A stretch of 62,785 nt of DNA, counting the filler, from Chiloscyllium plagiosum (Eukaryota): assembly GCF_004010195.1 (NCBI RefSeq). It is 5 parts of one record of this genome, joined end to end, with 100 filler letters (N's around TTAATTAATTAA, not from the genome) between each part and the next. Parts side by side here need not be neighbours in the genome. Positions count along the whole stretch, not along the records: positions 37,503 to 51,422 come from NC_057712.1; positions 51,523 to 58,374 come from NC_057712.1; 3 more parts are not named here. One strand, written 5' to 3'. The notes beneath the pieces are model-generated. The model did no database searches and was not told where the DNA came from. It was given only the letters and a program-made list of their open reading frames with translations. Positions 39,015-52,189 of this stretch are shown here, in pieces. The position numbers and the translations under genes were made by a program. How positions within the stretch are numbered: the first letter of the stretch is position 1; each line of letters opens with the position of its first letter.

Positions 39015-39305
39015 GGGCAGCATGGTGACTCAGTGGTTAGCACTACAGCCTCACAGCACCTGGGACCTGAGTTCAGTTCCAGCCTCGGGCAACTGTCTGT
39101 GTGGAGTTTGCACATTCTCCCTGTGTCTGTGAGGGTCCCCTCAGGGTGCTCTGGTTTCCTCCCACAATTCAATGTGCAGGCTAGGTGAATTGACCATGCT
39201 AAATTGCCTATTGTGTTCAGGGGTGTGTCGGTGTGGTGCATTAGTCAGGGGGGTGGGTTACTCTTTGGTGGGTTGGTGTGGATTTGTTGGGGTTCTAATT
39301 CTAAT
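39015..39305 (+). mobile_element. HE1-type SINE, near full length
   Basis: tRNA head GGGCAGCATGGTGACTCAGTGGTTAGCAC, V-domain core and TCTAAT tail. Confidence 0.85.
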
Positions 39306-39319
39306 GTTGCCCTTGGAGG

Positions 39320-39660
39320 GAGATGATGGCCTAATAGTATTGCCATGAGACTTTTAATCCAGAGACCCAGGTCATGTTCTGGGGACCTGGGTTTGGAATC
39401 CTGCCATGGTAGATAGTAGAATTTGAATTCAATAATAGTCTGAAATTAAGTGTTAAATGAGAACCATGAAACAGTAATTGATCGTTGGAAAAACCCATCT
39501 GGTTCACTAATGTCTTTTAGGGAAAGAAGCTGCCATCCTTACCTGGTCTGGCCTACACGTGACTCCAGACCCACAGCAATGTGGTTTACTCTTATCTACC
39601 CTCTGGGCAATAAATGCTGTCCTAGCCAGTGACACCCTCATCCTGTGAGTGATTAAAAAA
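39320..39660 (+). mobile_element. Short tRNA-headed SINE sharing the head of the 30110 LINE
   Basis: Head and body align by eye to 30110-30378, then GGGCAATAAATGCTG...AAAAAA tail. Confidence 0.8.
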
Positions 39661-39782
39661 TGTACGAGAATGATACCTAGACTTCGAGGGGTTAAGTTAT
39701 GACGAGAGACTATACAAATTAGGCCTGTTTTCTCTCGCATTTAGAAAGCTAAAGAGTGATCTGATCAAGGTTTTAGAATATA

Positions 39783-41735
39783 TAACATAGAACATCAAAC
39801 ATTACAGCACAGTATAGGCCCTTTGACCCTCGATGTTCTGCTGACCTTTTATCCTACTCTAAGATCAGACTAACCTACATACCCTTCATTGTACTAACTT
39901 CCATGTGCCTATCCACTAGTCGCTTAAATGTCCCTAATGTACCTGACTCTACTACCATTGCTGGCAGTGCACTCCATACACCCACCACTCTCTGTGTACC
40001 TCTGACATCTCCCCTATACCTTCCTCCAATCACCTTAAAAATATGTCTCTTCGTGATAAACATTTCTGCCCTGGGAAAACATCTCTGGCTATCCACTCTA
40101 TCTATGCCCCTCATCGTCTTGTACACCTCTATCAAATCACCTCCATCCTTCTTCGCTCCAATGAGAAAAACCCTAGTTCCCTCAACCTTTCTTCATAAGA
40201 CACGCCCTCCAGTCCAGGCAGCATCTGGGAAATCTCCTCGGCACCCTCTGTAAAGTGTCCACATCTTTCCTGTAATGAGGCAACCAGAACTGAACACAAT
40301 ATCCCAAGTGTAGTCTAACCAGGATTCTATAGAGGTACAGCATAACCTTGCAGCTCTGCAACTCAATTCCCCTGCTAATGAAAGCCAACACACGTATGCC
40401 TTCTTAACAACTCTAACAACTTGGGTGGCAACTTTAATGGATCTACGGACACGAACCCCAAGATCCCTCTGTTCCTTCACACTGCTAAGAATATTGCCTT
40501 TAACCCTCTGGTCTGCATTCAATTTCGACCTTCCAAAATAAACCACTTCACACTTTCCCAGGTTGAACTCCATCTGCCACTTCTCAGCCCGGCTGTGCAT
40601 AGCGTCAATGCCCCACTGCAACTTACAACAGCCGTCCACACTATCCACAACGCCACCAAAATTTGTGTCATCGGCAAACTTACTAACCCACCCTTCCACT
40701 TCCTCATCCAAGTCATTTATAAAAATCACAAAGAGCAGAGGGCCCAGACCTGATCTCTGTGGAATACTGCTGGTACCGAACTCCAGGCTGAATACTTTCC
40801 ATCTATCACCACCTTCTGTCTTCTATGGGTCGACCAATTCTGTATCCAGACAGACAGGTTTCCCTGTATCCTATGCCGCCTTACCTTCTGAATGAGCTTA
40901 CCATGGGGAAATCTTATCAACAGCCTTGCTAAAATCCATATACACCACATCTACTGCTCTATCTTCATCAATGTGTTTTGCCACATCCTCAAATAATTCA
41001 ATAAGGTTTGTGAGGCATGACCTGACCCTCACAAAGCCTTGCTGACTATCTCTAATCAGACTATGGTTTTCCAAGTCATCATAAATTCTGTTTCTCAGAA
41101 TCCTCTCTAATACTTTGTCTACCACTGATGTAAGACCGACTGATCTGTGATTCCCAGGATGATCCCTATTCCCTTTCTTGGACAAGGGAATAACGTTTGC
41201 CACCCTCCAATCATCTGGCACTACTGCAGTGGACAGTGAGGATGCAAACATCATCACCAAAGGTGCAGCAAACTCTTCCCTCACTTCCTGTAGTAACCGA
41301 GGGTATATCCCATCTGGCCCAGGGGATTTATCTGTCCTTATGATTTTCAAAATTTTCAGCACATCCTCCTTCTTAACATCAACCTGCTCGAGCATATCAA
41401 CTTGTTTCACACTGTCCTCACAAACGTCTCTCTGAAATGAATACTGAAGCAAAATATTCCTCCGACTCCAGGCGCAAGTTCCCACTACTATCCCTGTTCG
41501 GCCCAACCCTCACTCTGGCATCCTCTTGTTCCTCACATAAGTGTAGAATGCCTTTGGGGTTTTCTTTAATCCTGTCTTTCCAAATGCATGTATATCTTAT
41601 CTCTCACAATCATTTCAAGTAATGTACACACCACAGATGTTAGGCTTACTGGCCCAGAGTTCCTAAGTTTTTCCTTGCAGTCCTTCTTGAATAAGGGCAC
41701 AACATTTGTTACCCTCCAGTCTTCTGGGACTACTT
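39783..41735 (-). mobile_element. CR1 LINE RT/3' region, with a second ORF2 fragment joined at ~41570
   Basis: ORFs 39875, 40193, 40898 and 41566. Confidence 0.88.
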
Positions 41736-42079
41736 GGGCTGAATGGGCTGTTTCCACACTGTAGGGATTCTACGAACATCGACACACGAAGGGTGGAAGT
41801 GGTTTGGAACTTTCTTCCACAAGCTGCAGTGGATGCCAAATCAATTGTTAATTTTAAATCTAAGAAGGATAAGTTTTCTTGAATAAACAAAACTATTAAG
41901 AGATTGGGGCCAAATGCAGGTATGTGAAGTTGGGCTACAAATTTCATTAAATGGTAGAACAGGTTTGAGGGCTGTTCCTATGTTTCTAATTGCAGGCGAT
42001 ACTAACAGAGCCAGAGGCTTATTGAAAGATGCAGAAGGTTGAAGGAAACATTTGGCCTAATCTTTCATCCTGTTTCTTG

Positions 42080-42390
42080 TGAATGAATAGTTGCCCAGCC
42101 TACTATCCTCAGAGCAAGTTGTCCTTGACCGCGGACCGTCCCTCAATTGGTCGCTCTCTTGCCTCTCACTCAGAAGAAAAGCAGCAGAGGTCTCCTTGCT
42201 GGCCTTGCCAGCATTTTCCCACAATCAACACTCAAGGCCAAATCAGACTGTCTGGTCATTATCACATTGCTACTTGTTGGGAGTTGGTTGTGGGCTAATG
42301 AACTGCTGTGTTACAACAGTGACCTCCCTTAGAAAAAAGCTTCATTGACCGTAAAGAGTTTTGGAATGTCTGGTGGGCCTGATGGATGGA
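42080..42390 (+). mobile_element. Old Deu-domain SINE (SacSINE1/AmnSINE1-like)
   Basis: CTGGTCATTATCACATTGCT...ACAACAGTGAC...TTCATTG..GTAAAG..TTTTGG resembles the Deu domain; recognised from memory, not aligned. Confidence 0.55.
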
Positions 42391-42446
42391 TCTTGCTCAA
42401 ATCATTCAAGTTGTTTGATCAGTTAATTTTCTATTACAGATATCTG

Positions 42447-43070
42447 GATTAGTGGTGCTGGAAGAGCACAGCAGTTCAGGCAGCATCCAAGGAGCTTCGA
42501 AATCGACGTTTCAGGCAAAAGCCCTTAATCAGGAATAAAGGCAGTGAGCCTGGAGCGTGGAGAGATAAGCTAGAGGAGGGTGGGGGTGGGGAGGGCGGTG
42601 TGGTTGATTGGTGCGGGTGTCTCGGAGATGTTCCCTAAAGCGCTCTGCTAGGAGGCGCCCAGTCTCCCCAATGTAGAGGAGACCGCATCGGGAACAACGG
42701 ATAGAATAAATGATAACAGTGGATGTGCAGGTAAAACTTTGATGGATGTGGAAGGCTCCTTTAGGGCAGGGAGGAGGTGTGGGCGCAGGTTTTACAGTTC
42801 CTGCGGTTGCAGGGGAAAGTGGCAGGATGGGAGGGTTGCTTGTAGGGGGGCGTGGACCTGACCAGGTAGCCAAGGAGGGAATGGTCTTTGCAGAAGGTGG
42901 AAAGGGGTAGGGAGAGAAATATATCCCTGGTGGTGGGGTCTTTTTGGAGGTGGTGGAAATGTCGGCGGATGATTTGGTTTATGCGAAGGTTGGTAGGGTG
43001 GAAGGTGAGCACCAGGGGCGTTCTGTCCTTGTTACAGTTAGAGGGGTGGAGTCTGAGGGTGGAGGTGCGG
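42447..43070 (-). mobile_element. Penelope family A element with GIY-YIG endonuclease remnant
   Basis: IIYSIRCSRCGLLYIGETGRLLAERFREHL and PLVLTFHP; GATATCTG duplicated at 42439-42446 and 43071-43078. Confidence 0.88.
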
Positions 43071-43186
43071 GATATCTGCTTAGTAACCTGCTCAGAGATG
43101 ATATGACACATCTCTAGAGCAGGTTGGGACTTGAACCCAGACCTCCTGGCTCAGAAATAGAGACACTAGCAATGCATTTCCAGAGA

Positions 43187-43465
43187 TGGGTGGCCTCACA
43201 GCAGCAGGGACCTGAGTTCAGTTCCAGCCTCAGGCGACTATCTGTGTGGAGTTTGCATGTTCTCCCCGTGTCTGCGTGGGTTTCCTCCGGGTGCTCCAAT
43301 TTCCTCCCACAGTCCAAAGATATGCAGGTCAGGTGAATTAGTCATGCTAAATTGCTCATTCTGTTAGGAGCGTTAGTCAGAGTGGGATGGGTTACTCTTT
43401 GGAGGGTCGGTGTGGATTTGTTGGGCTGAAGGGCCTGTTTCCACACTGTAGGAAATCTAATCTAA
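43187..43465 (+). mobile_element. HE1-type SINE
   Basis: V-domain core and AATCT tail. Confidence 0.85.
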
Positions 43466-44877
43466 AAAACTCTAGTTTTCTTTATAAAACACAAGACCAA
43501 TTCAGCAAGGATCAAATAGGAGTGATTCTGAGAACTAATGTCAGGAATTTAACACAGAGCCAGGCTTTCACCTGTGACTGAAATATTGAGAAGAGCCCAC
43601 TTCTGCTTTGTGGGCTGATTATGAGAGATAAGATATACATGCATTTGGAAAGACAGGGTTAAAGAAAACCCGAGGGCATTCTAAACTTATGTGAGGAACA
43701 GGAGGATGCCAGAGTGAGGGTTGGGAAGCCCCTCAGAGAGACATTGGGTCAAAGAGATGTACACCATGAAAACAGATCCTTGGGTCCAACTCGTCCATAC
43801 TGACCAGATATCCTAAATTAATCTAGTCCCATTTGCCAGCTCTTGGCCCATATCCCTCTAAACCCTTCCTATTCGTATACTCATTCAGATGCCTTTTAAA
43901 TGTTGCAATTGTACCAGTCTCCACCACTTCCTCTGGCAGCTCATTCCATACACGCACCATCATCTGTGTGAAAAGGTTACCCCTTAGGTCCCTTTTAAAT
44001 CTTTCCCCTTGAAGCTCTTGAGTGGCTCAGGTTATTCCTTGCAGCCCCCAAGTGGGATGATATCCCCAATACAGAAGCTGTTTGTCAACCCAGTAGCACT
44101 TCAGTCCCAGCAACGCCCCCATGTATGGTGTCCACTCCAGGGAATGCAGGAGTCCACCAGAAATAGCCCAGAGCCACAATTCACTGAGGAATCCCTGGCT
44201 TCCCTGATTGTGCGGGGTGCAGGGCTATGTTTCCCAGGATACTTTCCCTGTTGCTGTTCCTTTCTCAATTTCCAGGATCACTCTTGCGAGGAGGAAGTCT
44301 ATAAACTCTTTGCTGTACTCTGTCAGGACTTTGGTGAGTTGATCCTGAGCTGTTTAGTCAGAAAATAACATGCTCACATGGCAAATTAAGTTTGCTTCTC
44401 TTTCTATTTTGCATGAATCACGTTGAAATGTATCACCTCTCGCAAACCAGCATCTCTCACAAGCAGGAAGTGACAGGGAATGTGTGATCAAGAACTATAA
44501 ACAGAAGGACCTCTGTCCTCACGACAGTTTTTAATCCCTCAGGTGTTGGGATCAACACTTCCTTTAGCCTCTCGAATGTGAAATCATTCAAATGAATATC
44601 AACAAACCACTTTCAAATATGTTGAAGAATAGATGTGTCAAATGTTGACTTACACCCTGTTAAAGATAAGTCTTTAAAGTGTCTTTAATAGTCTTTATTA
44701 CCAGACTTTGAAATATTAACTGTGTTTATCTCTTCACAGATGCTGTCAGTGCCAAACCTGCTGAGTTTCGCCAGCATTTCCTTCCCTCTAAAGAATAGTG
44801 GTCTTCAATAGATAAACTCCTTTAAAACAATAGCAAGCTGCTCTTATTTGCGCACCTTTACTCAGTAAAGTTGGAAA

Positions 44878-46415
44878 CTGTGAAAATAGATAAGTCCCCT
44901 GGCCGGATGGGATTCATTCTAGGATTCTCTGGGAAGCCAGAGAGGAGATTGCAGAGCCTTTGGCTTTGATCTTTATGTCATCATTGTCTATGGCAATAGT
45001 GCCAGAAGACTGGAGGATAGTAAATGTTATCCCTTTCTCCAAGAAGAGGAGTAATTATAGACCAGTGAGCCTTACTTCGGTTGTGGGTAAAGTGTTAGAA
45101 AGGGTTATAAGTCATAGGATTTATAATCATTTAGAAAGGATTAAGTTGATCAGGGATACTCTACACCATTTTGTGAAGGTGGGTCATGCCTCACAAGCCT
45201 TAATGAGTTCTTTGAGAAGGTGACCAAACAGGTGGATGAGGGTAAAGCGGTTGATACGGTTTATATGGATTTCAGTAAGGCATTTGATAAGGTTCCCCAT
45301 GGTAGGCTATTGCACAAAATATGGAGGCATGGGATTGAGGGTGTTTTAGCAGTTTGGATAATGGTTTAGAAATTGGCTAGCTGAAAGAATTCAGAGGATG
45401 GTAATTGATGGGAAATGTTCATCCTGGAGTTTAGTTATTAGTGGTGTACCGCAAGGATCTGATTTGGGGCCACTGCTGTTTGTCATTTTTATAAATGGCC
45501 TGGATGAGGGCAGAGAAGGATGGGTTAATAAATTTGTGGATGACACTAAAGTTGGTGGAGTTGTAGACAGTGCTGAAGGATGTTGCAGGTTACAGAAAGG
45601 CATAGTTAAGCTGCAGGGCTTGGCTGAGAGGTGACAAATGGAGTTTAATGTGGAAAAGTCTGAGCTGATTCATTTTGGAAGGAGCAACAGGAATAAGGAG
45701 TACTGGGCTAATGGTAAGATTCTTGGTAGTATAGAGATCTCGGTGTCCGTACATAGATCCCTGGAAGTTGCCACCTAGGTTAATAGGGTTGTTAAGAAAG
45801 CATAGAGTGTGTTGGTTTTTCTTGGTAGAGGGATTGAGTTTTGGTGCCATGATGCCATGTTGCAGTTCCACAAAACTCTGGTGTGGCCACTCTTGAAGTA
45901 TTGCATATAGTTCTGGTCACTGCAATATAAGAAGGATGTGGAAGCTTTGAAAAGGGTTCAGAGGAAATTTATTGGAATGTTGCCTGTTATGGAGGAAACG
46001 TCTTATGAGGAAAGGCCAAGGGACTTGAGGCGGTTTTCATTAGAGAGAAGAAGGTTGAGAGGTGACTTAATTCAGACATATAAGATAATCAGAGGGTATG
46101 ATAGGGTGGACAGTGAAAGCATTTTTCCTTGATGCCTAGCATGACGTAACATAGCTTTAAATTGAGGAGTGATAGATATAGGACAGATGTCCAAGGTGGC
46201 TTCTTTACTCAGTGAGTAGTAGGGGTGTGAAATGCATTGCTTGCAATAGTAGTAGACTTGCCATGTTTAAGGGCATTTACGTGGTCATTGGTTAGGCATA
46301 TGGATGAGAATGGAATAGTGTAGGTTCGATGGGCTTCAGATTGGTTCCACAGGTTGGCACAACATCAAGGGCCGAAGGGCCTGTACTGCGCTGAAATGTT
46401 CTATGTTCTATGTTC
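44878..46415 (+). mobile_element. CR1 LINE RT/3' region
   Basis: NYRPVSLTSVVGK, SGVPQGS, FVDDTK; (TTCTATG)n tail. Confidence 0.88.
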
Positions 46416-46710
46416 GAAAGCATTCTAACATACCTCATTGACACCACGGTGACCCAGAGCATCAGGTTTCTGGAGACTGAAAAATTCATGTCAACATCCC
46501 ATGGGGGACCCGACAGAATGGCTACATAGCAATCACTGGCAAAGTTGAAACTTTCATTGGGCAACTATCCATAACGTTCTAAAAAGGACCCAATGTGGAG
46601 ATAATGTCTGAGACTTTGGACGGTTTTCACTGATTTATCAACAGTAGGTCATCACCTGTGAAAGTTAGACGAATGAAAATGCATTCTTAAATTGACCCTC
46701 CCACTCATCA

Positions 46711-46857
46711 GGAGAAAGTGAGGACTGCAGATGCTGGAGACCAGAGTTGAAAACTGTGGTGCTGGAAAAACACAGCAGGCCAGGCAGCATCCGAGGAGCA
46801 GGGGGATCGACGTTTCGGGTATAAGCCCTTCTTCAGATGCTGTCTGGCCTGCTGTGT
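46711..46857 (-). mobile_element. Penelope family A terminus
   Basis: Hammerhead core on the minus strand at ~46809-46836; 14-bp TSD CCTCCCACTCATCA at 46697-46710 and 46858-46871. Confidence 0.8.
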
Positions 46858-46877
46858 CCTCCCACTCATCAACATAA

Positions 46878-47152
46878 CAGAATCCCTCCAGTGTGGAAGC
46901 AGGCCATTCGGCCCATTGAATCCACACCAATCTCCGAAAAGCATCCCACCCAGACTCACCACCATATTCCAGTATTTCCCCGGCCAATCCACCCAAACTG
47001 CACAACTTTAGGCTGTGGGAAGAAACCAGAGCATCAGGAGGGCACTCACACAGACACAGGAAGAATACAAATTCCACACAGATAGTCAGCCAAGGAGGGA
47101 ATTGAACCTGGGCCCCTGGCATTATGAGGCAGCAGTGCTAACCACTGAGCAC
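46878..47152 (-). mobile_element. HE1-type SINE (diverged)
   Basis: Reverse complement of the HE1 head and core. Confidence 0.75.
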
Positions 47153-48049
47153 CCTAGTCATTCGCAATTCCCCTCCACTGAACTCCTGATCTCTCCCTAC
47201 CCATCCTTGGACATGGTGCTCCCTCTCCCAGTGCTCCTCTGCAAATTTATTCTCAGCCTCACCTTCCCTGACATCATTCCATACCAACGTTCCCTCAGAC
47301 TCTGTTTTATAATGCACCAGCATCACCCCATCACTCACTCACCTGTCACCTTAACTCCATGTCCTAGCTGCCCACTCTACATACATACCACCCTGGCATC
47401 TATACCCCCTTGCACACCTAGAGTCACAGAGTCATACAGCACAGAAACAGACCCTTCATCCAACTCATCCATGCTGATCGGGTTTCCGAAACTTAACCAG
47501 CCTCATTTGCCTGGATTTGGCCCACATCCCTCTAAACCTTTCAGTACTTGTCAGAATGTCTTTTAAATAGTGTAAATATACCAGCCTCTAACACTTCCTC
47601 TGGCAGCTCATTCCAGACATGCACTATCATGTATCTGAAAAAGTTGCTCTTCTGGTCCATTTTAATTCTTTCCCCTCTCACCCAAAACCTTTGCCTTCCA
47701 AAAGGACCCTGATGGGAGTTATGTACAGGCCTCCTGGCGGTAATTAGGATGTGAGCAGAAAGTAACTCAGGAGCTGGAAAAGGCTTGTAGGAAAGGCATC
47801 ATTACAATAATCATGGGGGGACTTTGATATGCAGGTGGACTGGGAAAGTCAGGTTGGTAGCAGATCTCAAGAAAAGGAATTTGTGGAATGGCTTTAAGAC
47901 GGTGTTTATGTGCAGCTTCCTTCTCGCTCAAAGTGGCTTTGCACGGAGAGAGATAGCCAACTTTCTGATCTAACTACAATCGTCTTATTGAGGGAACAAC
48001 GTGAAGCCAATTGCATTGTATTTCTGCAACTACTTTCATGTTTGAGTTC

Positions 48050-48390
48050 CTTTCATGGATGTCATTGACAATGCCAGCATTATTGGCCATCCCTAATTGC
48101 CTTTGAACTGTATGCTTGCTGGGTCACTTTGAAGAGCATTAAAGAGTTAACCTTATTACTTTGAGTCTGGAGTTACATGAAGGCCAGACCAGGTAAGGAT
48201 AGCAGCTTTCCTTTCCTCAAGGCCATTAGTGAACTAGATGGAATCCCCAATTACCCCTTTAAACTAGCTTTCGATTTTAGATTTATTAACTGCCTTCAAA
48301 TTCCGCCATCTGCGGTTGTGGGACTTGAACCCCTGATCACTAGGGTGGACCTCTGGATTATTAATTCAATATTAGCACAAGGCCATTGAT
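48050..48390 (-). mobile_element. Short tRNA-headed SINE (39320 family)
   Basis: GGCCAGACCAGGTAAGGA and CCGCCATCTGC motifs. Confidence 0.7.
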
Positions 48391-49149
48391 TCGCCAAACA
48401 GATGGAAATGGCCAAGATTCTATGGAGCACACCAGCACCAAGTCTGTCTCCTTTGAGCTCCTTCTTTAAGCTCACCAAGTTCCCATAACATCATCACAGT
48501 GGGAGGTGCTGACTGCATTCAATCTAGCTTTAAACCCTTCAGACCCTTATATAACACGGACCGAGATTTCTTTAGTGGAAGGGGAACAGGCTGTATGTGC
48601 TTGGCAACAGCACTGTAACAATTGGAGCAAGCAGGGATATTTCACTAAATGGACACTGTGTAGAAATCAATGGATTCAAATTCCCCGTACTCTGGAAAAC
48701 TAACTGAAATTCTTACAGTGTAGCTAATCTGAATCCATTTGTACCTCCCTCATTGTGTCTCCATTCTCCACACTCTGCAGTGTTTCATGCAAGCTGCATT
48801 TATGTTGACTGTTTTATTGTGAAGAATTTTGCATCTGGATTGCTACAGATCCCCTGCTGATTCTGTTTTCCATATTATTGCCATCTAAAACCTTTCTAAT
48901 TATCAGCCATTCAGTTTCCTTCTGTAAAATCAATAAACCCTTCAGGAAGTTTTTATGAGTTTCTAGTAAGTTTGCTATGCATCGGAGAAGCAATAACCAT
49001 TAAAGGAACGTTGTATTAGTGGGTAATGAATTGCCTAGGTACAATACTTTGCAAACTGTGATATTTCTCTTTTTGTCTTTGTTATGTGGGAGCTCGCAGA
49101 GAATAATTATTGAGGAGTCAGTTGTGTGGTGTCCCAGGGATCCAGGTAA

Positions 49150-49610
49150 CGGTGCAAAGACGATTTACCAGGATGTTGCCCGGTCTGGAGGGTTTTAGTT
49201 ATGAGAGAGGTTGACTAAACTGGGATTGTTTTCAACTGGAAAGACAGAGGCTGAGGGGTGACCTGTTGGAGATCTACAAAACTTAGATAAGGTGGTTCAT
49301 CAGAGCTTTTTTCCCTCAGGGTCGAAAGGTCAACTACAAGAGGGCACAAGTTCAAGGTGAGATGGGGAAGGTTTAGGGGTGAAATGTGGTGAAATTTATT
49401 CACATACAGGATGATGGGTGCCTGGAAAGCACTGCCATTGAAGGTGGTGGAACAAGGCATTTTACCAATGTTTAAGGTGTACCTTGATACACTTTAACGG
49501 GAAGCGATGAAAGGGACTTGTGGGCAATACGAAGCAGGTCTAAATAAGGATTAGATTGAGTGCAGGCTTGGTGGGCTAAAGGCCCTGTTCCTCTGCTGTA
49601 TTGTATTGAT
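49150..49610 (+). mobile_element. CR1 LINE 3' end
   Basis: VQRRFTRMLPGL and later motifs. Confidence 0.75.
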
Positions 49611-50014
49611 AATGCTCTGAGGGCACAGGTTCAAGTCCCACCATAGCAGCTGGCATAACTTATATTTAATTAATTATTTTTTTAAAATCTACGGTTTGAA
49701 AGCTCATTTCAGCAATGGTTGTTTTGCATGTACATTGAAGTTAAGACAGTTTGCTTTTAACTATAACATGCTATGTTTATGCATTGTTGCAGATTGTCAA
49801 TCTGCTTTGAGTTTGCAAACTGCATGCACAATAGAAATCTGTCAGCTTGCTGTGATTTCTGCTTCATAACTTATAATGTATTTTACTGTTTTAAATAAGC
49901 TTACCTGCTGAGTCAATCAATTCATGGAGAGTGGTTGATGATTAATCCATTGTCTTTAACATCATAATGGTGATGACAAATCCGTTACTAACCTATTTGT
50001 TTCACAATTTGAAA

Positions 50015-50222
50015 ATGCCGGTGTTGGAGTGGGGTGGACAAAGTTTAAAAAAAAATCACATAACAACAGGTTATAGTCCAACAGGTTTATTTGGAAGTCC
50101 GAGCTTTCAGAGTGCCGCTCCTTTATCAGGTGGCCGTGGGATATAAGACTGGAACAGCGCTCAGAAAGCTAGTGCTTCCAAATAAACCTGTTGCACTATT
50201 ACCTGGTGTTGTGTGATTTTAT
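50015..50222. mobile_element. Penelope-like fold-back element (family B)
   Basis: Same inverted arms as the 18010 and 56628 copies; degenerate hammerhead on the minus strand at ~50100-50133. Confidence 0.75.
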
Positions 50223-51151
50223 ATTTGGTTCATAGTTCAGAGACAGATATCTCATGCGCTCACCCAGTTTAAAAATAGTTGACTCCAGCAATGCAGTTGA
50301 CTCTTCTCAACAACCATTTGGCTTTCTCAGTGATATCCACATCCAGTAAACAAATGAAGGAAAGGAATTTGGCAATACAGTGAGACCAGGTTCAAACCCC
50401 TCTCTCTGCTCAACTGAGATGTTATTGAGGGGACCAGACCAGCAAAAGCCAAAGAGATTCAATGGTAGAAAACATCAATTCATGTTTTTGAAGGGATGTT
50501 TGAAATTGAAAGATGAGTGTGTAGCTGGTGAACTTTATCAAGCCTCAGAAATCACTTGACAGTCACTTGACTTTCAAAGCTGGATCTCTGATGAGGAGAC
50601 AACTTCAAAAGCAAATCAACCCTTAATGCAATTCTTAAGCAACATTGTGACAGCCTCATGTGCTGGCCTTGTTCTCCAGACAATTGCCAATGGCTGAGCA
50701 GAAAATTAATGGCAAAAAGTACAGCGCTGGAAAAGCACTAACATGCATTAAAATCACTGTCAGTAATATCTGTTGCAATCTTAGAAATGATGTGGAGTTG
50801 CCAGCATTGGACATGGGAGGAGATAATCAAAAACCACATGACACTGGGTTATAATTCAAACAGATTTATTTGAAACTGCAAATCCTCTGAAGCAAATCGA
50901 AGATATAATATATGCACCAAAATAAATAATGAAGCACCATCCCCTCCCCGAGATGGCTTGATGTAACAGTGAATGAGATAGCACAGTGTGTCAGAGAGTG
51001 ACTAGTTTCTGGGTCAAATAGCCTTCATATTCTCCTGGGTTGTCTTTGTTACCAAGTTTTAATGGAGTCTAACAATTCACTCGCTTCTCATTGTTGTTGT
51101 TGTTGCATGTAGGTATATTGCCTCGATTGCTAGAATGTAGAAGCTATTGGC

Positions 51152-51678
51152 GAGGTAAAAACAATGACTGCAGATCCTGGAAACCAGATTCTGGATTAGT
51201 GGTGCTGGAAGAGCACAGCAGTTCAGGCAGCATCCAAAGAGCTTCGAAATCAACGTTTCGGGCAAAAGCCCTTCATCAGGAATAAAGGCAGTGAGCCTGG
51301 AGCGTGGAGAGATAAGCTAGAGGAGGGTGGGGGTGGGGAGAAAGTAGCAGAGTACAATAGGTGAGTGGGGGAGGGGATGAAGGTGATAGGTCAGGGAGGA
51401 GAGGGTGGAGTGGATAGGTGGANNNNNNNNNNNNNNNNNNNNNNNNNNNNNNNNNNNNNNNNNNNNTTAATTAATTAANNNNNNNNNNNNNNNNNNNNNN
51501 NNNNNNNNNNNNNNNNNNNNNNCCCCCTCCCCCAAATCCCTCCTCCCTATCTTTTATCTTAGCCTGCTGGACACACTTTCCTCATTCCTGAAGAAGGGCT
51601 TATGCCCGAAACGTCGATTCTCCTGCTCCTTGGATGCTGCCTGACCTGCTGCACTTTTCCAGCAACACATTTTCAGCT
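51152..51678. mobile_element. Penelope family A termini flanking an assembly linker
   Basis: Hammerhead cores at ~51253-51280 (-) and 51588-51615 (+, intact). Confidence 0.8.
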
Positions 51679-52189
51679 CCATATTTCCTTCCCAATTTCT
51701 TTATAGATTGCCTGTAATGCACATCTGATAATGACCAATCCCTGGCTATCATTCATTTTAAACCCCAGGAGTCTATTGTCTTCCTGCTTTGCTGCTGCCA
51801 TTATGATATCTCTCACATTGCACAGCTATCCCCACCTTTCCTCCCTTCTTTCCTAATCTTTCTTGTTTGTACCATTCCCTGCTAGTTATCTGTTCTGTCC
51901 TTTGTGAAGACATGTTTCAGCTGTTCCTACTCCATGTGATTCTTCACTATAGATTACATTTGGTTCCTTGCTCTGTCCCTGACAAACCCCACATTCACTC
52001 CCCAATCTCTTTAGGCTGTTCCTATATCCAACATTCCCTTCCTACATAATCTCTACCCAGAAGTTCTCTGCTCCTGATTGCCCAACTCTGTCACAGCATT
52101 TCCCTCAAGAGGATGCTCAGCTTGTCATTGGAGGCAGAGGTCCCATTGATGAATACATGCACCTCTGCTATGGAGTTAATGCCCGTTGA

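Noticed and set aside
39015..39090. tRNA gene
   Set aside because: The tRNA-like head continues into the HE1 SINE body; the same applies to the heads at 30110 and 39320.
44009..44368. 119-aa ORF with a weak Myb/SANT-like (Harbinger) resemblance, PQFTEESLASLI
   Set aside because: The similarity is too short to support; no transposase or terminal inverted repeats were seen.
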